A stretch of DNA of 60,653 bases from Rugosibacter sp. (lineage in GTDB: Bacteria > Pseudomonadota > Gammaproteobacteria > Burkholderiales > Rhodocyclaceae), in the NCBI GenBank assembly GCA_036569545.1, contig DATCQI010000003.1:1-60653 (forward strand). Reading direction: 5' to 3'. Under the pieces are notes generated by a model. That model searched no databases. It worked only from the letters and a program-made list of their open reading frames with translations, and was not told the DNA's origin. Shown here piece after piece: positions 29,911 to 38,983 of this stretch (the first letter of the stretch is position 1; each line of letters opens with the position of its first letter). Both the position numbers and the translations under genes were made by a program.

Positions 29911-31149
29911 ATGATTGCTGCAACTGCACCCCACTATCAGATGTATCAGGCTTTTTTTGACGCTAGTTATCCTGCACGCAGCACTGCCCGTGCGCTGGCT
30001 CCCTGGTTGCGCCAAACCATGTTCTGGCTGCCGGATAACACCGCCGTGCGCAAGCTGACCGCCATGTGCGAGGCAGTTGCCTTGGCGGGGCTGACGCACG
30101 AACGACCAAGCTTTGGGATTGATTCTATTGAAATGGACGGAGAAAAAATCGCTGTCCATGAAGAAGCAGCCCATGTCACACCCTTCGCCACCTTGCTGCA
30201 TTTTCGTAAAGACACACCCACCCCCGGCCCAAAGGTGCTGCTGATCGCACCGATCTCGGGCCACTTTGCCACGCTGCTTGCCAGTACCGCACGCACACTG
30301 CTCCAGCATCATGACGTCTATATCACCGACTGGCATAACATCCGCGATGTACCACTGAGTGCCGGTACCTTCGACATGAATGTCTTCATTGGTCATTTGA
30401 TCGAATTTATTGACTGGCTGGGGCCGGAAACTCACTTGGTTTCCGTTTGCCAGCCAACGGTCGGTACGCTCGCAGCAGTTGCCATCATGGCCGCAGAGCA
30501 AAGCCCCAACCAGCCGCGCAGCATGACGTTAATGGCCGGGCCGATTGACTGCCGCATTAACCCTAGCGTCGTCAACAAGCTGGCAACAGAGAAACCGATT
30601 GAGTGGTTTGAAGAGAACCTGATCGGCCTTGTGCCCTTGCGCTACAAAGGTGCTTTGCGCCGTGTGTATCCGGGCTATTTGCAGATCTCCGCTTTTTTGA
30701 GCATGAACGCCGAACGACATATGGATTCTTTCCGCAACATGTACGCTAGCCGGGTGGAGGGCGATCATGCCAAAGCCGAAAGCATCAAGGACTTTTACTC
30801 GGAATATCTGGCCATGATGGATATGCCCGCTGAGTTTTACCTTGAAACCGTGCGCCTCGTTTTTCAGGAACATGCATTGCCCCTGGGGAAACTCGAATAC
30901 CGTGGCAAGCGGGTAGATCCTTCGGCAATTCGTCGTACCGCGTTGTTTACGGTAGAAGGAGAGAAGGATGACATTTGTTCCATCGGCCAAACGCTGTCGG
31001 CGCATGATCTGTGCAGCAAGCTTGCGCCTTATCGCAAGCAGCATCATCTTCAGCCCGGCGCTGGCCATTATGGTGTATTCAATGGCAAACGTTGGGATAA
31101 GCAAATCTACCCGCGCGTGCGGACCTTTATTCAGGATTTTAATGATTAG
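29911..31149 (+). CDS. phaZ: Intracellular polyhydroxyalkanoate depolymerase
   Basis: AP.SGHFATLL, DVYITDW, VCQP (catalytic Cys), RRVYPG, EGEKDDI, GHYGVF. Confidence 0.92.
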   Translation: MIAATAPHYQMYQAFFDASYPARSTARALAPWLRQTMFWLPDNTAVRKLTAMCEAVALAGLTHERPSFGIDSIEMDGEKIAVHEEAAHVTPFATLLHFRKDTPTPGPKVLLIAPISGHFATLLASTARTLLQHHDVYITDWHNIRDVPLSAGTFDMNVFIGHLIEFIDWLGPETHLVSVCQPTVGTLAAVAIMAAEQSPNQPRSMTLMAGPIDCRINPSVVNKLATEKPIEWFEENLIGLVPLRYKGALRRVYPGYLQISAFLSMNAERHMDSFRNMYASRVEGDHAKAESIKDFYSEYLAMMDMPAEFYLETVRLVFQEHALPLGKLEYRGKRVDPSAIRRTALFTVEGEKDDICSIGQTLSAHDLCSKLAPYRKQHHLQPGAGHYGVFNGKRWDKQIYPRVRTFIQDFND

Positions 31150-31171
31150 CTAATTATCGATTACATAAAGT

Positions 31172-31221
31172 AAAAGTCGGCACCCCAAGAGTACTTCCTG
31201 CAGGGGGCGCTGGTGATACGG
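31172..31221 (+). repeat. 23-bp motif copy 9 (perfect once rejoined), split by a 27-bp hairpin-like insert
   Basis: AAAAGTCGGC [ACCCCAAGAGTACTTCCTGCAGGGGGC] GCTGGTGATACGG. Confidence 0.82.
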
Positions 31222-31315
31222 CGCGAAAGGTGTCGCAATAGACGGTAAACTCTGTCCTGAACTTCATGGTCAATCTCGACCCTTGTTACAACATCCCTGC
31301 AAATCCTTTCGGCCC

Positions 31316-31963
31316 ATGATTCGTTTTGACTGCGTTGCCAAACGTTACCCCCCGGGAATTGATGCCTTGTCTGCGTTGAGCTTTGAAATGTCTGCCGGCG
31401 ACATGTTGATTGTCAGCGGCCACTCGGGGGCAGGCAAATCGACGTTAATCAAACTTATTGCCGCAATCGAGAAACCAACATCCGGTGCGGTGCTGGTTGG
31501 CGGGCAAAATGTCGGCGAGCTTAACCGCTCAGCACTGCCTTTTTTGCGCCGGCGCCTGGGACTTGTCTTGCAGGATAAAAAACTACTGTTTGATCGCTCG
31601 GTTTTCGAAAATGTCATGCTGCCACTATCCATTACCGGCTTTCCGCCCAAAGAAGCCACGCAGCGTGTCAGGGCTGCACTGGATAAAGTCGGCTTGTCTG
31701 CGCGCGAAAAAGCGCTGCCCATTGCGCTGTCTGGCGGAGAGCAGCAGCGACTGGCTATTGCCCGCGCCGTCGTTAGCCGCCCTGCGCTACTTCTCGCTGA
31801 TGAACCTACCGCTCACCTCGATGCTGAAACAGCAGCCGATGTCGCACGCATTTTTTACGAGTTTCACCGCGCTGGTGTCACCGTGTTAATTGCAACCTAT
31901 GACGGCCACTTGTTTCCTGATGCGCAAACACTCCATCTAGATCACGGACACTTGGTATCGTGA
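31316..31963 (+). CDS. ftsE: Cell division ATP-binding protein FtsE
   Basis: GHSGAGKST, LSGGEQQR, LLADEPT; upstream of ftsX-rpoH. H-loop reads ATYD. Confidence 0.92.
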   Translation: MIRFDCVAKRYPPGIDALSALSFEMSAGDMLIVSGHSGAGKSTLIKLIAAIEKPTSGAVLVGGQNVGELNRSALPFLRRRLGLVLQDKKLLFDRSVFENVMLPLSITGFPPKEATQRVRAALDKVGLSAREKALPIALSGGEQQRLAIARAVVSRPALLLADEPTAHLDAETAADVARIFYEFHRAGVTVLIATYDGHLFPDAQTLHLDHGHLVS

Positions 31964-31982
31964 TAAGCGGCATGAACCCCCA

Positions 31983-32882
31983 ATGAACATCTGGCTCATT
32001 CACCACGGCCTTGCCCTGCGTATGGCTTTACATCGACTAACGGCAGCCCCGCTGACCACGCTATTGTCTCTGTTGGCCATTGGCATTGCGCTAGCACTTC
32101 CCGCAGGCGGCCAGATGCTGTTAAACAATGTTCAGCAGATGGTAAATAGCACGTCCGCTACACCACAGATTTCCATATTCATGGAAACTGATGCGGGACG
32201 CGAGGCAGCCAACGAGCTGGGTGCCCGCTTAAAAAAACATCCAGCCATAAAACAGCAACGATTCCTCTCTCGCGAAGACACCTTGCACCGTATGAAAGCC
32301 AATGCAGGGTTGCGTGAGGTGATTGATGTCTTGTCCGACAACCCCTTTCCTGATGCGTTTATTGTCACCGCCCGTGACGATCAGCCTGCAATCCTTGATT
32401 CACTCGTTGAAGAATTTCGTCAATGGCCTAAAGTCGCGCATGTTCAACTCGATTCCGCATGGGCTAGACAGCTGGAAGCGTTGCTTCGTCTGGGCCGAAA
32501 TGCTGTCATTCTAATGGGAGGGTTACTGGCTACCGGATTAATCGCCATCACCTTCAATATTATTCGCATGCAAGTTTTAACTCATCGCGCTGAAATTGAG
32601 GTGTCCCAATTGCTGGGGGCGACCAATGGATTTATTCGTCGACCTTTTCTGTATTTTGGCGCTTTGCTGGGTTTAGGTGGCGGCGTCACGGCGTGGCTGC
32701 TGATGGTCGCTGCTGCCTGGTGGCTGCGCACCCCGCTGGGTGACTTATTGCATTTATATGATTTCAACTTTACCCTGCATTTTTTGGGCCTGGCCGACTC
32801 TGCCGTGCTGCTAGGTATGGCAGCTGGACTAGGCTGGTTAGGTGCATTGTTATCGCTCGGGCAACATTTACGCCACTCCTGA
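31983..32882 (+). CDS. ftsX: Cell division permease FtsX
   Basis: AIGIALALP, NP.PD, EIEV..LLGAT..FIRRPFLY.G. Confidence 0.93.
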   Translation: MNIWLIHHGLALRMALHRLTAAPLTTLLSLLAIGIALALPAGGQMLLNNVQQMVNSTSATPQISIFMETDAGREAANELGARLKKHPAIKQQRFLSREDTLHRMKANAGLREVIDVLSDNPFPDAFIVTARDDQPAILDSLVEEFRQWPKVAHVQLDSAWARQLEALLRLGRNAVILMGGLLATGLIAITFNIIRMQVLTHRAEIEVSQLLGATNGFIRRPFLYFGALLGLGGGVTAWLLMVAAAWWLRTPLGDLLHLYDFNFTLHFLGLADSAVLLGMAAGLGWLGALLSLGQHLRHS

Positions 32883-32915
32883 AGCATTCTCTTGCCTGTT
32901 AGAAATCAAAAAAAG

Positions 32916-32943
32916 GGAACTTACATAGCTATTGGCACTCTCA
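32916..32943 (+). promoter_or_regulatory. SigmaE-type promoter of rpoH
   Basis: GGAACTT-N16-TCTCA, matching the GAACTT-N16-TCTGA form of E. coli rpoH P3. Confidence 0.65.
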
Positions 32944-32958
32944 CCCGCAGAGTGCTAA
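32932..32958. promoter_or_regulatory. CIRCE element (HrcA operator)
   Basis: TTGGCACTC-N9-GAGTGCTAA, one mismatch from TTAGCACTC-N9-GAGTGCTAA; 23 bp before the rpoH ATG. Confidence 0.9.
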
Positions 32959-32981
32959 TATAGTTTCCTAGGAGGCAAAAT

Positions 32982-33896
32982 ATGGCTTACGCATTATCTC
33001 ACCAGCAGTTTCCAACCATTTCTGGCAGCGGAAGTATCGAGGCTTATATTTCAGCCGCAAATCGTATGCCTATGCTTAGTGAAGCCGAAGAGCTTGCCTT
33101 TGCGCACCGCTTCGCTAACGAAGGAGACATTGAGGCTGCCCGCGCTTTAGTGACATCCCATCTGCGGTTAGTCATTGCAATTGCCCGTGGCTATCTCGGC
33201 TATGGCTTACCTCACGCTGATTTAATTCAGGAAGGCAATGTGGGTTTAATGAAAGCAGTCAAGCGGTTTGATCCAAATCGGGGTGTACGGCTGGTTTCTT
33301 TTGCTATGCACTGGATCAAGGCCGAGATTCATGAATACATTATCAAAAACTGGCGACTCGTTAAAATCGCCACGACCAAATCACAGCGAAAACTGTTTTT
33401 CAACTTGCGCAGCATCAAGGCATCACTAGCACAGCAAGATGAATCACTGCCAGGTTCACAACGAGATTTTGGTACGCTTGATGTCGCTGGTGTAAAACTG
33501 ATCGCCCAGCGGTTGGGTGTGAAACCAGAAGAAGTCATCGAGATGGAAACCCGCTTCACGGGTGCCGACGTATCGCTAGAGCCGACATCTGACGATGATG
33601 AAGATCATTTCGCCCCGATTGCCTACCTCACCGCGGATAGCTGTGACGAGCCCGTAGCGATTCTTGAGCGCAAGGAATTTGACCACTTGCAAGAGGAAGG
33701 GCTAAAAGGTGCGTTGGCCAGTCTTGATGAACGTAGCCGTGAGATTATTCAGCGTCGCTGGCTGGTGCGCGAGGAAGAGTCCTCTGCAACGCTGCATGAG
33801 CTTGCCGAAGAGTATGGTGTCTCAGCCGAACGTATCCGCCAAATTGAGGCTAAGGCACTTCAAAAAATGAAAGGCGCACTACTCGCCGCCGCTTGA
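32982..33896 (+). CDS. rpoH: RNA polymerase heat-shock sigma factor sigma32
   Basis: DLIQEGNVGLMKAV, RpoH box QRKLFFNLR, VSAERIRQIE. Confidence 0.97.
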   Translation: MAYALSHQQFPTISGSGSIEAYISAANRMPMLSEAEELAFAHRFANEGDIEAARALVTSHLRLVIAIARGYLGYGLPHADLIQEGNVGLMKAVKRFDPNRGVRLVSFAMHWIKAEIHEYIIKNWRLVKIATTKSQRKLFFNLRSIKASLAQQDESLPGSQRDFGTLDVAGVKLIAQRLGVKPEEVIEMETRFTGADVSLEPTSDDDEDHFAPIAYLTADSCDEPVAILERKEFDHLQEEGLKGALASLDERSREIIQRRWLVREEESSATLHELAEEYGVSAERIRQIEAKALQKMKGALLAAA

Positions 33897-33921
33897 GATG
33901 AGGTTAAAGTCACGGCGATTC

Positions 33922-33959
33922 AATAAAAAAGACAGCTATGTTACGCTGCCTTTTTTATT
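33922..33959. terminator. Bidirectional intrinsic terminator between rpoH and the cox cluster
   Basis: AATAAAAAAGACAGC-N8-GCTGCCTTTTTTATT between convergent genes. Confidence 0.7.
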
Positions 33960-34530
33960 TTCCTGCCAGCAATGTTCTAACGTCTGCGGCAATGCGTTGA
34001 GGTGTTTCTCCGTATTTTAAATACAAGCGCAATCGACCGGACGGGTCGTATACATAGCTACCCGTCGAATGATCGATAGAGTAATTCCCCGGCATTGCTC
34101 CTTCTTGTTTTTTGTAGAAGACCTTAAAAGCCTTCGCAATTGCCTCAGTTTCAGCAGCACTGCCTCTCAAACCCAAAAATGATGGGTGAAAAGAAGGCAC
34201 ATACTGGGCCAAAAGCGCCGCCGTATCACGTTCAGGATCGAGTGTTATAAAAAGGACCTGTACACGGTCTGCATCTTTCCCCAGGAGTTTCAGGGTTTCT
34301 TGCAAAGAACTAAGCGTCGTTGGACAAACATCCGGACATTGGGTATACCCAAAAAAAACGATGGCAACCTTACCTTTGAAATCTGACAGCCGACGTTGTT
34401 TACCGCTTTGATCTTTTAACGCAAAGTCCATTCCAATTGAGCTACCGGTCAAATCTGTTGCATTAAAATGGTCTGGTGTGCTGCATCCCACGCTGAAAAA
34501 AGTAGCCAGTAGAAGAAGAAAGTATCGCAT
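33955..34530 (-). CDS. SCO1/SenC copper chaperone (lipoprotein)
   Basis: FGYTQCPDVCP (CxxxC), DPERD, DHS; lipobox SVGC. Confidence 0.93.
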   Translation of the reverse strand: MRYFLLLLATFFSVGCSTPDHFNATDLTGSSIGMDFALKDQSGKQRRLSDFKGKVAIVFFGYTQCPDVCPTTLSSLQETLKLLGKDADRVQVLFITLDPERDTAALLAQYVPSFHPSFLGLRGSAAETEAIAKAFKVFYKKQEGAMPGNYSIDHSTGSYVYDPSGRLRLYLKYGETPQRIAADVRTLLAGK

Positions 34531-35447
34531 TAACGGGTGTAATGGTCTATGAGGAGCGCTGCAAATAGCGCTGATAAATAAATGATAGAAAAACGAAACG
34601 TTTTTTTAGCCAAAAGATCACTGTAATTACGCCAGATTTTCCAAGAGTAAACCAGAAATATACCATCCAGCAGAAGAGCACTCACCAGGTAAAATAATCC
34701 GCTCATGCGGATAATAAAAGGCATGAGCGATACTGCTGTCAGCAAGATAGTGTATAGAAAAACATGCAGTCGAGTGAATTCAGGGCCATGCGTCACTGGC
34801 AGCATAGGTACACCAGCCGCTGCATATTCTTCGGTGCGATAAAGCGCTAGCGACCAAAAATGGGGTGGCGTCCAAACAAAAATAATGAGTACCAGCACCC
34901 ATGCTTCTGCCGGCACAGAGTTAGTGATTGCTGCCCAGCCTAAAGCAGGCGGCATGGCGCCTGACAAACCACCAATCACAATATTTTGTGGCGTGCGTGG
35001 TTTAAGGAATAAGGTGTAGATAATGGCGTAGCCAACAAAAGTGGCAAGCGTCAATACCGCCGTTAGCACGTTCACCCAGACCAATAAAATGACCATTCCC
35101 AGCGCGCCTAAAATGGAAGACCACCCAAGTGCAGCACGAACACTAATAGCGCCACGTGCTGTTGGGCGACTGCGCGTACGCGCCATGTGCTGATCAATTT
35201 TCAGCTCAACTAGACAATTAAAAGCGGCGGCGGCGGCAGAAACCAGACCAATCCCAATAGTCGCCGTAAAAACTCGCCAAAAAGTCAAGTTCTCGCTTGG
35301 TGCCAATAACATCCCGATCAAGGCACAAAAAACAATGAGCGATATCACTCGCGGCTTAGTCAGCGTGAGATAGTCACTCACCATCGACCCAAAACTGGGA
35401 TCAGGCGATACGGCAAGAAGCGGAGTATCCGAAGTATCAGTGGTCAT
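34530..35447 (-). CDS. cyoE: Protoheme IX farnesyltransferase (heme O synthase)
   Basis: [34 protein letters not shown]. Confidence 0.95.
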   Translation of the reverse strand: MTTDTSDTPLLAVSPDPSFGSMVSDYLTLTKPRVISLIVFCALIGMLLAPSENLTFWRVFTATIGIGLVSAAAAAFNCLVELKIDQHMARTRSRPTARGAISVRAALGWSSILGALGMVILLVWVNVLTAVLTLATFVGYAIIYTLFLKPRTPQNIVIGGLSGAMPPALGWAAITNSVPAEAWVLVLIIFVWTPPHFWSLALYRTEEYAAAGVPMLPVTHGPEFTRLHVFLYTILLTAVSLMPFIIRMSGLFYLVSALLLDGIFLVYSWKIWRNYSDLLAKKTFRFSIIYLSALFAALLIDHYTR

Positions 35448-35464
35448 AATATAATTTTTGAAAT

Positions 35465-36031
35465 CTAGCCTATTCCGGAAAACCGCAGTAAACGGCTGAT
35501 ATCTTTAAGGATATCCTTCGGCTCAGACTTATCATCGTACCGCATGACGAGATTGCCTAGCGGATCAATCAAAAAAATGTATGCCCCAGAATCTGTACTT
35601 AACGGCAGTTGCGCAAGACTAGCTAGAGTAGGGGCTCGCGCCAAAAGAAGACCGGGGTGAATTTTCAACAATTGAGGATCAGGCTGCCCGTCACCTAAGA
35701 TAACCCATACGCGCTCGAGACGGTCCATATTTTCACCTTGAGCGATACGAATTTGGCGCATTAAATACAATTTTTTCTGGCATCGAGCATCACAATTGGC
35801 AACTTGCACTGTGAGGAAAACCCATTTTTTTTTCACACTTTCAGACAACATTTTGACGGGGATTACACCCTCAAGCGCCAATAGTTGCAGTCCCGCAGAA
35901 CGCGTTTCGAGCAGCTCGCCTTTATTTACTTGCGCCACAGGCTTCCACCATGCATAAAACACATAGGGGCCTATCACTAGGAATAAACCACTCAGGATAA
36001 AAAATACCATGATTCGTTGTGCTTTAGACAT
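35465..36031 (-). CDS. Cox-cluster thioredoxin-like membrane-anchored protein
   Basis: N-terminal TM helix, [22 protein letters not shown]; usual gene downstream of SURF1. Confidence 0.75.
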   Translation of the reverse strand: MSKAQRIMVFFILSGLFLVIGPYVFYAWWKPVAQVNKGELLETRSAGLQLLALEGVIPVKMLSESVKKKWVFLTVQVANCDARCQKKLYLMRQIRIAQGENMDRLERVWVILGDGQPDPQLLKIHPGLLLARAPTLASLAQLPLSTDSGAYIFLIDPLGNLVMRYDDKSEPKDILKDISRLLRFSGIG

Positions 36032-36764
36032 TTTTTGATGTGGGAGGCTTCGCTCCCAGATTTCTACGGATAAAGTAATAGCCCCAGAAAATCAGTGTCA
36101 TTGCGGCAAGAGAAAACCATTGCACCGCATAACCACGATTTCGATCTGCTCCACTACCTGGATGGGGCCAATCACGCACAAGACCATCTTGCGCCGTGTT
36201 GGTTTGGTACAAAATCAACGGCTGAATGTGTAAATTTGCCCAAGCTGAATATGCATTTGGTTCTACTTGGCTCCATATCACACCATTTTTAGCATCTTTC
36301 CCGACCGAGCCGACTCGAGGCGTCCGTTCATGAATTATCCCTTCAACCGTTTGAACTCCCGCAGGGGTAAGGATTTTTGGCAATTGACTACGATCGCTCA
36401 GACCATGAATCCATCCCCGATTTACCAAGACCGATAAATCGCTTCCCATAATTCGCAAGGGCATCAGCACCTGAAAACCAACTTGCCCTTGATAAATCTG
36501 GTTATCAAGAAACAGCATTTTCTCTTTTACCCACTCTCCCTGCACTTTCGCCGGATACGCAACGAAGCGTTTAGCATTTAGTAACGTAGCCCCCAAAACG
36601 ATAGGAGGTAGGTTTTTGACCTCAAGCATGCGTTCTTCTAACGCATCACGCTGATGCGCCCTATCCAATTGCCAGAACCCTAACCGGGACGTGACAATGA
36701 TAACCAGCAATGCGGCAAGGGTAGGAATACTTTTCTTCAAATGGTGCATTTGTAAATACTGCAT
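36024..36764 (-). CDS. SURF1 family cytochrome oxidase assembly protein
   Basis: LGFWQL.RA, LDN, VNRGW, YAVQWF.LA. Confidence 0.9.
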   Translation of the reverse strand: MQYLQMHHLKKSIPTLAALLVIIVTSRLGFWQLDRAHQRDALEERMLEVKNLPPIVLGATLLNAKRFVAYPAKVQGEWVKEKMLFLDNQIYQGQVGFQVLMPLRIMGSDLSVLVNRGWIHGLSDRSQLPKILTPAGVQTVEGIIHERTPRVGSVGKDAKNGVIWSQVEPNAYSAWANLHIQPLILYQTNTAQDGLVRDWPHPGSGADRNRGYAVQWFSLAAMTLIFWGYYFIRRNLGAKPPTSKNV

Positions 36765-36867
36765 AAAGTAATGAATATCAAACCTAAAAATTATCTGGGA
36801 ATCTCTTGGAGAACTTCCATTAAACTAGCCTGTGCTATTCAACAAAACTATTCTTCGGAGTTCACAA

Positions 36868-37056
36868 ATGAAAATCATCGTGGTCTTAATGCTAGTTGCT
36901 ATTTTCGCCAGCTTGTTTTCAGCGCTCTTTTTCCTCTTTCAGGACCAAGCTGGCTCTACCAGAACCGTTAAAGCCTTAACACTGCGCATATCACTATCCA
37001 TAGCCCTATTTATAGGACTGATGGTAGCGCACTACTTCGGAATAATTGGCAATTAG
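36868..37056 (+). CDS. Twin transmembrane helix small protein (DUF2909/HIG1-like)
   Basis: I..SL.SALFFL..D and AL..RI.LS motifs; inverted orientation between coxC and SURF1. Confidence 0.85.
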   Translation: MKIIVVLMLVAIFASLFSALFFLFQDQAGSTRTVKALTLRISLSIALFIGLMVAHYFGIIGN

Positions 37057-37093
37057 TCTTGGTAAAAATGCTTTAGATTCGCTTGCCTCACCA

Positions 37094-37127
37094 AAAAACT
37101 GGCGCTCCTAAAGGAGCGCCAGTTTTT
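37094..37127. terminator. Bidirectional intrinsic terminator
   Basis: Perfect 16-bp inverted repeat AAAAACTGGCGCTCCT-AA-AGGAGCGCCAGTTTTT between convergent genes. Confidence 0.88.
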
Positions 37128-37151
37128 AAATATCGATGGCGGCAGTCGCTG

Positions 37152-38003
37152 TTAGAGCCAATACACTACAACAAAAAGAAATAGCCAAACCACATCGACA
37201 AAGTGCCAATACCAAGCAACCGCCTCGAATGCAAAATGATGCTCTGGTGTGAAATGGCCTTTTAACGAACGAAACAAAATAACTGCCAGCATAATGGCAC
37301 CAAGGGTCACATGGAAACCGTGAAACCCGGTTAACAAATAGAACGTGCTGCCGTAACCTCCAGTAGATAGCTTCAAGTTCATCTCATGGTACGCATGAGA
37401 ATATTCATGAACCTGGAAGTACAGAAAAATTGCGCCAAGCAAGACCGTTAAAAACAACCCAACGTTTAATTGTGTCCGTTTATTTTTCATGAGACCCCAA
37501 TGAGCCCATGTCAAGGTAGCTCCTGAGGTTAAAAGTAAAAGCGTATTGATGGCAGGAATACCCCACGGCATCATCGCTTCCCACTTATCTTTAAAACCCG
37601 GCCCGGCAGATGGCCAGACATTTTTAAAGCCAGGCCAAATTAATGCATTATCTACACTGGATAAGTCAGGTACTGAAATAACACGGATGTAAAAAAGTGC
37701 ACCAAAAAATGCAGCGAAAAACATTACTTCCGAAAAAATAAACCAGCCCATTCCCCAGCGGAACGAGCCGTCAACGCGCTTGTTGTATGCTCCTGCACGC
37801 GACTCGGCAATAACCTTGCCAAACCAGCCGTACATCATGTATAGCAACACAGCCAGCCCAGCCAGCAATATCGGCGTGCCCATCCCCACTTTATTCATGA
37901 GCATAACGGCACCTGACGCCATCAATAACAGGGCAAATGACCCAACCAGTGGCCAAGCTGACGGCCCGGGAACATAGTAATAACTCTCTTCATGCGTCGA
38001 CAT
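37152..38003 (-). CDS. coxC: Cytochrome c oxidase subunit III
   Basis: FIFSEVMFF, NT.LLLTS, TGFHGFHV, WYWHFVDVVW. Confidence 0.96.
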   Translation of the reverse strand: MSTHEESYYYVPGPSAWPLVGSFALLLMASGAVMLMNKVGMGTPILLAGLAVLLYMMYGWFGKVIAESRAGAYNKRVDGSFRWGMGWFIFSEVMFFAAFFGALFYIRVISVPDLSSVDNALIWPGFKNVWPSAGPGFKDKWEAMMPWGIPAINTLLLLTSGATLTWAHWGLMKNKRTQLNVGLFLTVLLGAIFLYFQVHEYSHAYHEMNLKLSTGGYGSTFYLLTGFHGFHVTLGAIMLAVILFRSLKGHFTPEHHFAFEAVAWYWHFVDVVWLFLFVVVYWL

Positions 38004-38027
38004 CAATAATCTCCCTTCAAAAATTTT

Positions 38028-38261
38028 TCAAGCAGCCGTTCCAATGTTAGCCATAATTACGTGAACCAGCGTTACTACCCCACCCACAAAAATAATGCAG
38101 CCAATAATTCCGGCAATTACAACCTGCTTTAATGAAATACTTGCAGCATCCGACTCATAATCCTGGCGACGACGGATACCAAGAAACGACCAAAAAACTG
38201 CACCAGCCACTGTAAAAAATCCCGCTTTAGGCTTTGTTTCCGTTTGCGTTTTCAGACTCAT
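38028..38261 (-). CDS. DUF2970-like small membrane protein
   Basis: AVFWSFLGIR....E.D motif and a second TM helix. Confidence 0.82.
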   Translation of the reverse strand: MSLKTQTETKPKAGFFTVAGAVFWSFLGIRRRQDYESDAASISLKQVVIAGIIGCIIFVGGVVTLVHVIMANIGTAA

Positions 38262-38842
38262 ACGCCGTTTTTCGTTTTACCAATAGTCTCTGAACTGCTT
38301 TCTGCACGCCGGTTACCTTCAACTTCAAAAAACGTATATGAAAGTGTAATGGTTGCGATCTCTTTAGGTAATGCTGAATCAACAACAAAAACAACGGGCA
38401 TTTGCCTATGCTCACCAGGGGCAAGGGTCTGTTTGTTAAAACAAAAACATTCGAGTTTATGGAAGTGCGCCGCAGCAAGCGGCGGACCATAACTGGGGAT
38501 AGCTTGTCCGGTAACCGGCACACCACTCATGTTAGTAACATCAAACATGGCCTGAGTAAGCTCCCCAGGGTGGACAGAAAGATGTCCCACCAGTGGCTTG
38601 AACTTCCATGCCATGTTATGTACGTTGGTATCAAACTCAACAGTCACAACCCGTGAAGTATCCACTTGTGTATTAATAATGGGCCGGTCGTCCACACCAG
38701 TTTGGTTAATACCTAAAGCCACACAAACGACTGGATAAAGTGGTATCAAAATATAACCAAATCCAAACATGACCACTGAGAATATCGCTAATTTAAGCAA
38801 AGTGCGTAGATTGCGGCTGGCAAGTGAAAGGCTTTTTTTCAA
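38258..38842 (-). CDS. ctaG: Cytochrome c oxidase assembly protein CtaG/Cox11
   Basis: MFGFGY..PLY, GQAIPS, KLECFCF (CFC), ITLSYTFF. Confidence 0.94.
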   Translation of the reverse strand: MKKSLSLASRNLRTLLKLAIFSVVMFGFGYILIPLYPVVCVALGINQTGVDDRPIINTQVDTSRVVTVEFDTNVHNMAWKFKPLVGHLSVHPGELTQAMFDVTNMSGVPVTGQAIPSYGPPLAAAHFHKLECFCFNKQTLAPGEHRQMPVVFVVDSALPKEIATITLSYTFFEVEGNRRAESSSETIGKTKNGV

Positions 38843-38952
38843 TGGTTTAGATACCAGCTTTGTACAATAAATCCAAAAAAAACAGTAGCCGCAAGCACAG
38901 CAAGAATGATCCCTGTGAGCAGATTTCTGGTTTTTACCGTAAGTGAAGACAT
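38839..38952 (-). CDS. Small single-TM cytochrome oxidase-associated protein (37 aa)
   Basis: Hand translation MSSLTVKTRNLLTGIILAVLAATVFFGFIVQSWYLNH; stop overlaps the ctaG TTG start. Confidence 0.75.
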   Translation of the reverse strand: MSSLTVKTRNLLTGIILAVLAATVFFGFIVQSWYLNH

Positions 38953-38983
38953 TATGCTTACCCTATGCTAAACGATCGTCTGC

